Shown here in pieces: positions 27,002 to 36,183 of a stretch of DNA of 64,000 nt. This DNA comes from Candidatus Altimarinota bacterium. GTDB taxonomy: Bacteria > Patescibacteriota > Gracilibacteria > UBA4473. The notes under the pieces are model-generated. The model made no database searches and had not been told where the DNA came from. It was given only the letters and a program-made list of their open reading frames with translations. The translations under genes and the position numbers were made by a program. Every line of letters begins with the position of its first letter. Positions within the stretch are counted from its first letter, which is position 1. The stretch is from NCBI GenBank assembly GCA_965231215.1, contig OZ246423.1, forward strand, positions 854,699 to 918,698, written 5' to 3'.

Positions 27002-27879
27002 TGTTTTGGTTTTGGGCGGTTGTGTCAATGCTGGGATATGCCACCCAAAATGTGCTAATGGCTCGTTATGTCAGAAGTATGGATGTCTTGTCCGCTGGGT
27101 TTTATAGAAACCTTACTTTTGTGGTGAGTTTTTTACCCCTGCTTTATTTTGTCTCCACTGAAAAGTACCAAATGATGATCTCCTTTTTGCCACTGATTAT
27201 ACTGGCTGGTTTTCTGGGGGCGGCTTCCCAGTGGACTAGATTTTTGGCTTTAAGGTATTTCCCTATAGGGGTTTCGAGTAGTGGTATTATGGGATTTAAC
27301 GTGGGTTTAGCCTGGCTTTTGGGGTGGTTTTATTTTGGAGAAGCTTTGAGTTTGCCAGTGTTATTTTCTTTAGTGTTGATTTTGGCAGGGAGTGTTACGT
27401 TATCGGCGACAAAACAGTGTATGCCACACCTTGAAAGTACTTCAGTCTTGAGGGGGGGGAGTCTTATTTTTGTTACTAGTTTATTGATCACCACAGCTTT
27501 TGTTATTGTGGCTAAGGTAAGTCGTGAAGTAGATCCGCTACTTACGGCTTATGTATGGGAGGTTTTGATTGCCCCAGCGGCTTTAATTTTTATTGGATTT
27601 AGGAAACTGGCTAGAGGCAATGGGTTAGAAAAAATTTCACTTAAAGTCTTTCATAAAATCTTTTGGTGTGTGGCCCCTACGGCTGTTGGTACAGCTGGAT
27701 TTGCTTTAGCTGTAACGATGGGGCCAGTAGCGATAGTATCAGCTATATCGGCTACAGGAGTATTAGTAGCAACGTGGATGGCCGTCATTTTGTATCACGA
27801 AAAACTCCAAAAGATTCATTACATTGCTATGGGCATAACCGTACTAGGAGTCATTTGCTTGAAGTTACTCTCCAGCTAA
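27001..27879 (+). CDS. EamA/DMT-family transporter
   Basis: 292 aa with about 10 hydrophobic helices in two halves. The start overlaps the upstream stop. Confidence 0.7.
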   Translation: MFWFWAVVSMLGYATQNVLMARYVRSMDVLSAGFYRNLTFVVSFLPLLYFVSTEKYQMMISFLPLIILAGFLGAASQWTRFLALRYFPIGVSSSGIMGFNVGLAWLLGWFYFGEALSLPVLFSLVLILAGSVTLSATKQCMPHLESTSVLRGGSLIFVTSLLITTAFVIVAKVSREVDPLLTAYVWEVLIAPAALIFIGFRKLARGNGLEKISLKVFHKIFWCVAPTAVGTAGFALAVTMGPVAIVSAISATGVLVATWMAVILYHEKLQKIHYIAMGITVLGVICLKLLSS

Positions 27880-28266
27880 AAAGAGGTCTTTATCAGTAAT
27901 GTAGTTTGCTTCTCCAGGAAGATAGTGGGTAGAAGAGAAGCAGAGCATTACCGCGTCTTTAGAGAACTCATAAAATTCATGCCAACACCCTTTGTGCACC
28001 AGTAAGGCTTTACTGGGATGATCGAGTTGGATTTCTTCTTCGTTGTTGCCATTATGAACTTTGGCGGTGATCGTGCCTTTGGCCGCTACAAAAACTTCAG
28101 ATTCTATTTTGTGAGCATGCCCCCCTCGAACGGCTTTTTCGTTCCCAGTTACTAAATACACTCGCTTGGTTTCAAACGGAAAATTTGCATCCAATTCAAA
28201 GGGAGTCAGGGTCCCACGTGAGTCTTCAAAGTGTGGGAAAGTGAGAATTTGGTATTTTTCAGACAT
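27865..28266 (-). CDS. Cupin-fold sugar 3,4-ketoisomerase (FdtA/WxcM-like)
   Basis: FEDSRGTLTPFE ... KRVYLVTG ... RGGHAHK pattern. The 3' end overlaps the transporter gene by 15 nt (convergent). Confidence 0.65.
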   Translation of the reverse strand: MSEKYQILTFPHFEDSRGTLTPFELDANFPFETKRVYLVTGNEKAVRGGHAHKIESEVFVAAKGTITAKVHNGNNEEEIQLDHPSKALLVHKGCWHEFYEFSKDAVMLCFSSTHYLPGEANYITDKDLFLAGE

Positions 28267-28469
28267 ATCATTGATACTTTAGTGTTCATTTTTTGATTGG
28301 TCAAAAAACGAAGCAAAAAAGACCGCCTTGAAAAGATTTTTGAAAAAAACAATCGATCAAATTCTATAAAGACCAAAGTCGCTTCGCTCCGAAATGCAGG
28401 CTCTTTTTAATGAATTATTCACGGGTTTTTTGGTTCAAAAATCTTCAGACGCGAAAATGAGGAATAGAA

Positions 28470-29393
28470 TTAATTATTGAGATACTGGTTGTGAGTTTTC
28501 TTTAAATCTGCATTGGCCACATGGGTATAGATCTGTGTGGTGGAAATATTAGAGTGGCCGAGCATTTCTTGGACAGACCTGATGTCAGCTCCATTCCGAA
28601 GTAAGGTTGTGGCAAAAGTATGTCTTAGTTTGTGGGGGGTAACAGGCTTGGTAATACCACACTTTCGGCCTCTATTGCGGATCATAATTTCTATAGCGGT
28701 ACGACTAAGACGGCGAGATTCACCATGATTTTCAAATTCATCTTTTCGTGTTCTTGCATTGATAAAAAACGGTCTAAAATTGTCATTCCGGAGGTCTAGA
28801 TAGCTCTGGAGAATACGAGTGCAAAGGTCGGTCAAATACACAGTTCGGACTTTGTTGCCTTTCCCTATAATCGAAAATTCTTTGGTTTTCAGGTTTACGT
28901 GTTCGAGGTTGAGCGCACAGAGCTCAGATATCCGTAAACCGGTGGAAAAGAGCATTTCTACAAGCCCTCTATCACGAGCATCTATGAAAGCGTTTTTGCC
29001 TTCACGGTAGTTTCTGAGCGTATCAAGCTCGTCGAGAGTTAGCCCAGAGACATCACTGGGGTTGGTTTTGAGCAGTTCAATTTTTTCTGGATTCATGATG
29101 GGATCATCCAGTTCTCGTTTGATGGCAAACTTTAAAAAACTCCGAAGGGGAATCAGGTAAATATTTCTCGTCTTTGAAGAGAGTGGCTGTCCTTTGCGGT
29201 TGGTCTTTTGAAACACAAAGTCCTGGTAATCATCTACCGTATGCAGATTTAGGTCTTTTATATGCGCTTTTTCCCCCATAACTTCAACCAAAAACCCCAA
29301 ACTCTTGCTATAGTTTCGGAGCGTATAAGGAGAACTATTTTTTACGTTTTTGAGGTAACGCAAATATTTTTCAATGCCTTGGGTTATAAGCAT
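28470..29393 (-). CDS. Tyrosine site-specific recombinase (XerC/XerD-like)
   Basis: STGLRISELCAL, HKLRHTFAT, LGHSNISTTQIYTHV (R-H-R-H-Y set). The ATG at 29393 (MLITQGIEKYL) is preferred over the ORF track start at 29450. Confidence 0.85.
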   Translation of the reverse strand: MLITQGIEKYLRYLKNVKNSSPYTLRNYSKSLGFLVEVMGEKAHIKDLNLHTVDDYQDFVFQKTNRKGQPLSSKTRNIYLIPLRSFLKFAIKRELDDPIMNPEKIELLKTNPSDVSGLTLDELDTLRNYREGKNAFIDARDRGLVEMLFSTGLRISELCALNLEHVNLKTKEFSIIGKGNKVRTVYLTDLCTRILQSYLDLRNDNFRPFFINARTRKDEFENHGESRRLSRTAIEIMIRNRGRKCGITKPVTPHKLRHTFATTLLRNGADIRSVQEMLGHSNISTTQIYTHVANADLKKTHNQYLNN

Positions 29394-29495
29394 ACAAAGA
29401 TTATATTGTGTTAAGTTAATTGAAGCTAGAAAATTAAAGAATGATATCAAATTTTCTGTTGATGAAATTATCTCAGTGTAGGTTGAGAGCTAGAG

Positions 29496-30413
29496 TTAAT
29501 GCATCATTTTAGTCACGTTTTGGACTTCTTCTTTAGATCCTAAAAAGACGGGACTGGTTTGATGATAGTGTTCCACTTTAGTATCCAAGATATCTGTTCC
29601 TTCTTGATCTTGTCCAATGCCACCGGCTTCTTTCATGATGAAGCTCATCGGAGCACATTCAAACAGCAACCTTAGTTTGCCACTTTCATGTTTAGAATCT
29701 CTTGGATAGCTAAAGACGCCCTGTCCTTTGCATAAAATATGATTAATATCTGGTACCATACCTCCAGAGTAGCGTAGCTTTCGTTGTTGACTGAGCCAGA
29801 AATCTACCACGGCTTTATACTTAGGGTCTTCGCCATAAGCCCTAAGGTTGCCTGGGGCAAAATATTTTGTATGGGGCTCAATCTGAATATCTGACTGGGT
29901 CAAAATAAACTCTCCTACATCATTGAGTTCAAATTCATGTGTTCCTTTGTCTTTGAGTGCGATAATCAGAGTGATCCGTGGTCCATAAACAGCAAAGCAG
30001 GCAGCAACCATGTTATCGCCCACACGGTGCCCCAAAAGCTCAGGTTTTTCCCAAATTCCAAAGATAGAGCCAATAGAGAGATTGGCATCCACTAGTGAAC
30101 TTCCGTCTAATGGGTCATAGGCCACAAAGTAGTTTCCTCTATGCGCTTCGTATTCAATACAGGTTTCTTGTTCTTCACTGGCAATAACTTTAGCGAGTTG
30201 AGATTTTTCTAGCTCGGTTGAAATGATTTTATCAGCCAGTACGTCCATAGCCATTTGATCTTCGCCAAAGGTATTTTGGGTGGCAATTTTTTCAGTATTT
30301 CCGGCTCGGATAGAGAAGTTAATGTATTTAACGCTTCTGGCTACGTGGTAGAGCAAACTACGAACGTCCCATTCCGCACCGCGTTCCCGAAGAAAATGAT
30401 TGAAAGAAAGCAT
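29496..30413 (-). CDS. fbp: Fructose-1,6-bisphosphatase class 1
   Basis: DPLDGSSLVDANLSIGSIFGIW and YSGGMVPD motifs. Confidence 0.85.
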   Translation of the reverse strand: MLSFNHFLRERGAEWDVRSLLYHVARSVKYINFSIRAGNTEKIATQNTFGEDQMAMDVLADKIISTELEKSQLAKVIASEEQETCIEYEAHRGNYFVAYDPLDGSSLVDANLSIGSIFGIWEKPELLGHRVGDNMVAACFAVYGPRITLIIALKDKGTHEFELNDVGEFILTQSDIQIEPHTKYFAPGNLRAYGEDPKYKAVVDFWLSQQRKLRYSGGMVPDINHILCKGQGVFSYPRDSKHESGKLRLLFECAPMSFIMKEAGGIGQDQEGTDILDTKVEHYHQTSPVFLGSKEEVQNVTKMMH

Positions 30414-30477
30414 GGATCAAATAGATTTGTGAGTAATTTTAGATTATATTTTTTGAGCTAAAAATAAACTTTTTTAA

Positions 30478-30936
30478 ATGAAATACTGGTTGTTTAAGTC
30501 GGAGCCTAGTTGTTATTCAATAGACGATTTAAAACGCGATAAAGTGGAACACTGGGATGGAGTACGAAACTACCAAGCCCGAAATATGCTCAGAGATGAA
30601 TGCGGGGTAGGGGATTTAATAATTTATTACCACTCTAGCTGTAAAGTGCCCGCCGCTGTAGGCATAGCTGAAGTGGTGACAAATGGGTATCCAGATCATA
30701 CGGCTTTTGACCCAAATTCCGCCCATCCAGATTTATCTTCTGATCCCGAAAATCCACGGTGGTATATGGTAGACGTAAAGTTTGTGTCTAAGTTTGCCCG
30801 TCCTGTTAGCCTCAAAGCCATGAAAGACAGGGCAGAATTAGCTGATATGCGGTTGCTACAAAGAGGGAATAGATTGAGCTTGTTTCCCATAGAAAAAGCC
30901 CATTTTGAGCTGATTAAACATTTGGGGAGGGCATAA
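30478..30936 (+). CDS. EVE (PUA-like) domain protein
   Basis: MKYWLFKSEP ... WDGVRNYQARN ... GDLIIYYHS pattern. Confidence 0.75.
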   Translation: MKYWLFKSEPSCYSIDDLKRDKVEHWDGVRNYQARNMLRDECGVGDLIIYYHSSCKVPAAVGIAEVVTNGYPDHTAFDPNSAHPDLSSDPENPRWYMVDVKFVSKFARPVSLKAMKDRAELADMRLLQRGNRLSLFPIEKAHFELIKHLGRA

Positions 30937-30962
30937 AAAAAGCGCCAGATGGCGCTTTTTAT
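30935..30962. terminator. Bidirectional rho-independent terminator (EVE gene on +, rpsC on -)
   Basis: A-run, AGCGCC-AGAT-GGCGCT hairpin, then a T-run. Confidence 0.75.
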
Positions 30963-30983
30963 TTAATTCAGTATTTTGAGGGA

Positions 30984-31628
30984 TTATTCCCCTAGTTTTT
31001 CGTTTTTGAATACGAGTCCGTGATATACCCATACTTTGATCCCGATCATCCCGTACATGGTAGGAGCTTCGGCTGTAGCGTAATCAATGTTAGCTCGCAG
31101 GGTATGGAGTGGCACGGTTCCATGGTTGTAGGTTTCTTTTCGGGCAATGTCTACTCCGTTGAGACGTCCAGAAACAATTACTTTTACCCCTTTTACTCCA
31201 GAATCTTTAGCTTTATCAACGGCCATTTTTACGACTCGTCGGTACGGGAAACGTCGACTGATTTGGTCGGCGATATTATCGGCAATAAGCTGAGCGTTAG
31301 CTTCTGGTTTTCGGATTTCTTGTACATTGGCTTCAAAGATTTCACCAAAGGTAGCTTTAAGATCTTTTGAGAGTTGTTGGATTTCTTCTCCACCTCGTCC
31401 TACGATCATTCCTGGTTTAGCGGCGTGAAGGACAACACTAATTTTTCCAGCACTTCTAATGATTTCAATCTTAGAAACACCAGCGTTTTTGTAACGCTTT
31501 TTGAGGTATTTTTTGATCTCTAGATCTTGTAGAAATTTATCTTGGTAATCTCGTTTTGCGTACCATCGAGAATTCCAGGTACGAGTGATTCCAATACGAA
31601 GCGAATGCGGTGAAACTTTTTTTCCCAT
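30984..31628 (-). CDS. rpsC: 30S ribosomal protein uS3
   Basis: MGKKVSPHSLRIGITRTWNSRWYA. Confidence 0.95.
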   Translation of the reverse strand: MGKKVSPHSLRIGITRTWNSRWYAKRDYQDKFLQDLEIKKYLKKRYKNAGVSKIEIIRSAGKISVVLHAAKPGMIVGRGGEEIQQLSKDLKATFGEIFEANVQEIRKPEANAQLIADNIADQISRRFPYRRVVKMAVDKAKDSGVKGVKVIVSGRLNGVDIARKETYNHGTVPLHTLRANIDYATAEAPTMYGMIGIKVWVYHGLVFKNEKLGE

Positions 31629-31960
31629 TAGGCTTTTTTAGGTTCTAGAGTAATAGAAATATTAGAAGTAGGTTTTTGGATTGGTAGAGCTCTTCCTCGA
31701 GCTGAAGGTTGGTATCTTTTGTAGGCAGGACCTTTATTTATAATGATTTCCTTAATCACTAAGTTTTCTCTTTTTTGATTATCATTGTTTTCAGCATTAG
31801 CTACGGCTGAAGTCAGTACTTTGAACAGTACTTGCGCCGCTTTTTTGGGGGTAAATCGAAGAATATCAAGGGATTCTTCCGCGTTTTTTCCACGAATGAG
31901 TCCAGCCACAATATTGGCTTTCCTTGGGGATATCTGAATTCGTCTGAGATGTGCTTTCAT
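31628..31960 (-). CDS. rplV: 50S ribosomal protein uL22
   Basis: RRIQISPRKANIVAGLIRGK. Confidence 0.95.
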   Translation of the reverse strand: MKAHLRRIQISPRKANIVAGLIRGKNAEESLDILRFTPKKAAQVLFKVLTSAVANAENNDNQKRENLVIKEIIINKGPAYKRYQPSARGRALPIQKPTSNISITLEPKKA

Positions 31961-31987
31961 TTAAGTTTTAGTTGGACTGATTTTTAA

Positions 31988-32257
31988 TTATTTAGCGAGT
32001 TTTCCTCCATGAGCTCGGAACCGTCTGGTTGGAGCAAATTCTCCGAGTTTATGACCTACCATGAATTCTGTACAGAATACGGGGATATGTTCCTTCCCAT
32101 TGTGAACACCGAAAGTGTGACCAATAAATTCAGGAGAAATAGTAGATTTTCTAGACCAAGTTTTAATCACTCGTTTTTGTCCAGAAGCGTCCATCTCCTT
32201 AATTTTTTTAAGAAGAATTGGATCAATATACGGGCCTTTTTTTGCGGAACGGGTCAT
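31988..32257 (-). CDS. rpsS: 30S ribosomal protein uS19
   Basis: [12 protein letters not shown] ... [11 protein letters not shown]. Confidence 0.95.
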   Translation of the reverse strand: MTRSAKKGPYIDPILLKKIKEMDASGQKRVIKTWSRKSTISPEFIGHTFGVHNGKEHIPVFCTEFMVGHKLGEFAPTRRFRAHGGKLAK

Positions 32258-32274
32258 GAATGTAAATTAATTAA

Positions 32275-33120
32275 TTATTTCTTTTTGGCTCTGTGACGAG
32301 AGACAATAATAAGTTTATCACTGTTTTTATGTCGTGCTCGGGTTTTAACGCCTAGAGCGTGAGCACCCCATGGTGTTTTTGGGTATTTCATCCCGATAGG
32401 AGAACCTCCTTCACCCCCTCCATGTGGATGGTCATTCGGGTTCATGGCTTTACCACGAACGGTAGGTTTACGACCAGCATTTCTTACTCTTCCAGCTTTA
32501 CCAATTCGCTGTTGGTTGTGTTCTTCGTTAGAGACAATACCAATAGTGGCAAAGTTGGTTTTTTCAACGTATCTAATTTCTCCAGAAGGGAGTTGTACTT
32601 GCGCTTTTTCTCCGTCCAGAGAAACGAGGGTCGCATATTGACCAGCCGCACGTACGACTTGTCCGCCTTTGTTTGGAGTAATTTCTACGTTGTGGATACT
32701 GTATCCTACGGGAATGCTCTGAAGTTGCATTCGGTTTCCTTCTTTAATCTTAGCTTTAGTATCTGTAACGGTCTCATCTCCTACTTTGGCGTTTTTATGA
32801 GCCAGAATATACCTTTTGTCACCATCCTTGTAGTGGACAAGTGCGATAAAACACGTTCGTTTTGGATCGTATTCAAGAGCAGCGATCTTCCCTGGGATTC
32901 CCAGTTTTTCAGTTCCGCTAAAGTCTACTTTTCTCCAGTGAGAGCGAGTACCACCCCCTCGGTGTCGAATGGTAATAGTTCCTTTAGATCTACCAGCTAG
33001 TTTTTTACTCTTTTTGAGAAGCGCTTTGTTGGTAGGTTTTTTGGCTGTGACCTGAGCATTATCAGTATAGCTCGTGTCTCTTTGTCCATTCGTAGTCGGT
33101 TTTCGATTTACAATAGCCAT
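32275..33120 (-). CDS. rplB: 50S ribosomal protein uL2
   Basis: RHRGGGTRSHWR ... GRKPTVRGKAMNPNDHPHGGGEG. Confidence 0.95.
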   Translation of the reverse strand: MAIVNRKPTTNGQRDTSYTDNAQVTAKKPTNKALLKKSKKLAGRSKGTITIRHRGGGTRSHWRKVDFSGTEKLGIPGKIAALEYDPKRTCFIALVHYKDGDKRYILAHKNAKVGDETVTDTKAKIKEGNRMQLQSIPVGYSIHNVEITPNKGGQVVRAAGQYATLVSLDGEKAQVQLPSGEIRYVEKTNFATIGIVSNEEHNQQRIGKAGRVRNAGRKPTVRGKAMNPNDHPHGGGEGGSPIGMKYPKTPWGAHALGVKTRARHKNSDKLIIVSRHRAKKK

Positions 33121-33407
33121 TATTTCATATCATTAAAGTTGAGAGTGCTCCCAGACTTGAGCGTTACAGTTGCTTTTTTGTAAGCCGCTCGTTTTTCAAT
33201 AAGTCTTCCACGTCCAACCATTCTTTCTTTTGGTCGAGCGTTAGTGATGTTTACCGCTACGATGTCTACACCGTAGAAATGTTCTACGGCCATCTTAACA
33301 TCTTTTTTATTAGCTTCTGGGTGTACTTGGAAAGTATATTTCCCAGGCGCAGCCACCGTTTTTTCTGTGACGATTGGAGCGATAAGAACGTTATCTGTAC
33401 GGATCAT
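33120..33407 (-). CDS. rplW: 50S ribosomal protein uL23
   Basis: VLIAPIVTEKT ... FQVHPEANKKDVK. Confidence 0.9.
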   Translation of the reverse strand: MIRTDNVLIAPIVTEKTVAAPGKYTFQVHPEANKKDVKMAVEHFYGVDIVAVNITNARPKERMVGRGRLIEKRAAYKKATVTLKSGSTLNFNDMK

Positions 33408-33409
33408 GA

Positions 33410-34045
33410 TTAGTTACTTTTAGATAAGAAAGTTTGTTCTACTACTTCAAGGGAATCCTCTAGGAAGATTACTTGGTCAGCGAGCAATACATCGTATGGG
33501 TTTAGGTAAGAAGCTAGAATTGTGCTTACCCCTGGAATATTGTTACAAGATTTTTCAAAGTTCTCGTCTTTAGCTCCAAGGACGAAAAGATGTTTTTTAC
33601 CTTCTGGAAGTTTTCCCAGTAGTGAAACCATCGTTTTAGTTTTTGGAGTTTCAAGTTTAAGATTTTGCAGTACTGATACTTTTTCATCTTTTACTTGAGA
33701 TGAGAGCGAAGCAAAGAGGGCCGCTCTTCGTTCTTTTTTGGGCATAGACTTCTCAAAGTGAGCGGTGTTTCGTGGACCATGAGTGACCCCACCACCCCGA
33801 AGGATGTTTGTGCTTCGAGCGCCTCTACGGGCGTTCCCTGTCCCTTTTTGTCGAAAGAGTTTTTTAGTAGAATAGGCGACTTCTCCTCGAGTCTTAGTAT
33901 GAGCGATAGGATTTCTTCGGTTGGCGAGTCTCATAACAATCGCACGATGCATAAGATCGGCATTGATTTTGGCACCAAAGATTGCGTCAGACACGTCCTT
34001 GCTTCCTTTTTTACTTCCGTCAGCCGCGTATAGGTTAACTTTCAT
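33410..34045 (-). CDS. rplD: 50S ribosomal protein uL4
   Basis: RQKGTGNARRGARSTNILRGGGVTHGP. The ATG at 34045 lies 4 nt after the rplC stop. Confidence 0.9.
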   Translation of the reverse strand: MKVNLYAADGSKKGSKDVSDAIFGAKINADLMHRAIVMRLANRRNPIAHTKTRGEVAYSTKKLFRQKGTGNARRGARSTNILRGGGVTHGPRNTAHFEKSMPKKERRAALFASLSSQVKDEKVSVLQNLKLETPKTKTMVSLLGKLPEGKKHLFVLGAKDENFEKSCNNIPGVSTILASYLNPYDVLLADQVIFLEDSLEVVEQTFLSKSN

Positions 34046-34049
34046 GAGA

Positions 34050-34640
34050 TTAGTCTGCGCGAATAAATACAAAACTATTTTTAGCTCCAGGAACAGCCCC
34101 TTTTAGAGCAATCAGATTATTTTTTGAGTCAATGTGAATCACTTTTACTCCTCGGAGAGTTACTTGATCACTTCCATAATGCCCCGGAAGTTTTTTCCCT
34201 TTGTTTACTCGGGCTGGTTTAGCACAAGTACCAATAGATCCAGGTTCACGATGATGATGAGAACCATGAGTTTCAGGCCCTCGAGAAAAGTTGTGTCGTT
34301 TAATGACTCCGGCAAAACCACGCCCTTTAGAGGTTCCAGTGATTTTAACGGTTTCCACGCCTTCAAGTTGAGCGACCGTCATTTTGTCTCCCTTTTTGCA
34401 GGCTTGAGTGTCATCAAGTTGTAGTTCTTGAATGTGTTTATAGTTCTTGTTCGTGTTCTTTCTTTGTTTCGTACGAGGAAAACCAGCAAGTACCGCCGCA
34501 CTGTATCCATCACGGTCTTGAGTTTTTACTTGAAGCACGGTGTTTTCAGGCGCTTCGAGTAGTGTCACAGGTGTTACTTTCCCAGATTCTGGGCAAATCA
34601 CTCGAGACATTCCGACTTTTCGGGCAATAATTCCTTTCAT
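34050..34640 (-). CDS. rplC: 50S ribosomal protein uL3
   Basis: MKGIIARKVGMSRV ... GTSKGRGFAGVIKRHNF. Confidence 0.95.
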   Translation of the reverse strand: MKGIIARKVGMSRVICPESGKVTPVTLLEAPENTVLQVKTQDRDGYSAAVLAGFPRTKQRKNTNKNYKHIQELQLDDTQACKKGDKMTVAQLEGVETVKITGTSKGRGFAGVIKRHNFSRGPETHGSHHHREPGSIGTCAKPARVNKGKKLPGHYGSDQVTLRGVKVIHIDSKNNLIALKGAVPGAKNSFVFIRAD

Positions 34641-34728
34641 GGTTTAAATCTTATTTTATGAGGGGATGTGTGAGAGGTTGTAAAGGTTCCAACATCACGC
34701 CTCGGAAATTCAATTGATTTTGTATAAT

Positions 34729-35091
34729 TTAGGCGGTGAGCATTTTAATTTCTACGTCTACTCCGCCAGGAAGGCTTAGATTTTGTAACGATTCGATCGT
34801 TTTTGGTGTAGGTTCTTTAATATCAATGAGCCGTTTATGAGTACGAATTTCGTACTGATCACGAGCGTCTTTATTAACAAAAAATGATCGATTCACTGTG
34901 TATTTCTTAATTTTAGTAGGCAACGGAATCGGGCCAGAAACAATAGAACCGTTTCTTTCAGCCGTTTCTACAATTGACTTAGCGGCTTCATCAATGATGG
35001 TGTAATCGAATGATCTAACGATAATTCTTACACGAGAAACTGTAGTTTCTTTAGTTTTTGCCGAATTCTTGGTAGTTGATTTTGTTGCCAT
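34729..35091 (-). CDS. rpsJ: 30S ribosomal protein uS10
   Basis: [27 protein letters not shown] ... [12 protein letters not shown]. The ATG at 35091 is preferred, because the track start at 35103 is a TTG. Confidence 0.9.
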   Translation of the reverse strand: MATKSTTKNSAKTKETTVSRVRIIVRSFDYTIIDEAAKSIVETAERNGSIVSGPIPLPTKIKKYTVNRSFFVNKDARDQYEIRTHKRLIDIKEPTPKTIESLQNLSLPGGVDVEIKMLTA

Positions 35092-35115
35092 GTGCCTATA
35101 CAAAAGAGCCAGCGG

Positions 35116-35143
35116 AATATAGGTTTCCGGTCTTTACTGTCAA
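35116..35143 (-). promoter_or_regulatory. Putative promoter of the rpsJ-rpsC half-operon
   Basis: On the minus strand: TTGACA (35138-35143), 16 nt spacer, TATATT (35116-35121), about 20 nt before the rpsJ ATG. Confidence 0.45.
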
Positions 35144-35307
35144 ATCTTTTTTATGTAAAAACACTGAAAAATGCCGAACTTTGGCGTTGCCCTAAAAGTT
35201 TCCTCAAACGCCTATGCTAAACTATAGGCTTATCTGCGGTACTTTTGGGCGCCTTAAATTTCTTGTTTTTGAGTGTTTTTACTGCAAAAAGTACTCTATT
35301 TCATTTT

Positions 35308-35336
35308 TTGTTTTTTCTACAAAAGTGTGTTATAAT
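35308..35336 (+). promoter_or_regulatory. Putative promoter of the inserted plus-strand genes
   Basis: TTGTTT (35308-35313), 17 nt spacer, TATAAT (35331-35336) preceded by TGT (extended -10). Confidence 0.45.
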
Positions 35337-35360
35337 GCAGGGTGATTAATTTTTAAAACC

Positions 35361-35732
35361 ATGGCCGACGAAAACCAAAACCAAAATAACGCTGAAGCTC
35401 CTCAGCCAAATGAAAGAGAGCAAGAAAAAGAACAGATCAAAGCCGCCATCGAAGATTCAAAAAAAACGAAACAGCAAGAAATAACCGAAATTGTCCGATA
35501 TCCAGCTCTAAAGATGGTTATCCGATTTGCTAAAATGGCCGGAATCATCCTTCTTGTATTTTTCTGGATCGTAGCGATTGTTCAGCTTTTTGTAGCTGAA
35601 ACTTGGGGGGAAGCTATCTTTTACTTCTTTATCTGTTTTATGTTCGGGATCCTTCACTTTATATTGGGGTGGTTCCTAGGGGATTATGTTCAACTTCAGA
35701 TTGATATTGAAGAAAATACCCGAAATAAATAA
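35361..35732 (+). CDS. Small membrane protein, paralog 1 of a tandem pair
   Basis: 123 aa. The N-terminus is charged. EIVRYPALKMVIRFAK, two or three hydrophobic helices, then a C-terminal LQIDIEEN. Confidence 0.6.
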   Translation: MADENQNQNNAEAPQPNEREQEKEQIKAAIEDSKKTKQQEITEIVRYPALKMVIRFAKMAGIILLVFFWIVAIVQLFVAETWGEAIFYFFICFMFGILHFILGWFLGDYVQLQIDIEENTRNK

Positions 35733-35762
35733 ACCCTTTTTAAAACCAATAACTTAAAAACC

Positions 35763-36134
35763 ATGTCAGACGAAAACCAAAACGAAAATACTGCACCAGC
35801 TGCAGATCAAAAAGCTGAAGAAAAGGCTCAAGTAGAAAAGGCGATTAATGAATCGCGAAAAACTACAGAACAAGAGCTGGCCGAGATTGTAAGGTATCCA
35901 GCCCTTAAATTTATTATCCGATTCGCCAAAGTAATGGCTATTACTTTCGCTATCCTTTTTGTGATCATCGCCATTGTGATGTTCATTAGCGGATGGTTCC
36001 TCGAAGGGTTAGTAAACTTTATTCTTTTTCTCTCTATTGGCGTTGTGCTTTCAGCACTTACTTGGTGTTTTGGAGACTTCTTCCAATTGCTCATCGATAT
36101 TGAAGAGAATGGCCGGAAAAACATAAAAAAGTAA
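35763..36134 (+). CDS. Small membrane protein, paralog 2 of a tandem pair
   Basis: 123 aa with the same layout: EIVRYPALKFIIRFAK ... LLIDIEEN. Confidence 0.6.
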   Translation: MSDENQNENTAPAADQKAEEKAQVEKAINESRKTTEQELAEIVRYPALKFIIRFAKVMAITFAILFVIIAIVMFISGWFLEGLVNFILFLSIGVVLSALTWCFGDFFQLLIDIEENGRKNIKK

Positions 36135-36183
36135 TTTATCAATTTGGAGGGGGAGGCTTTTTCGGGCTTCCCTCTTTTTTACA

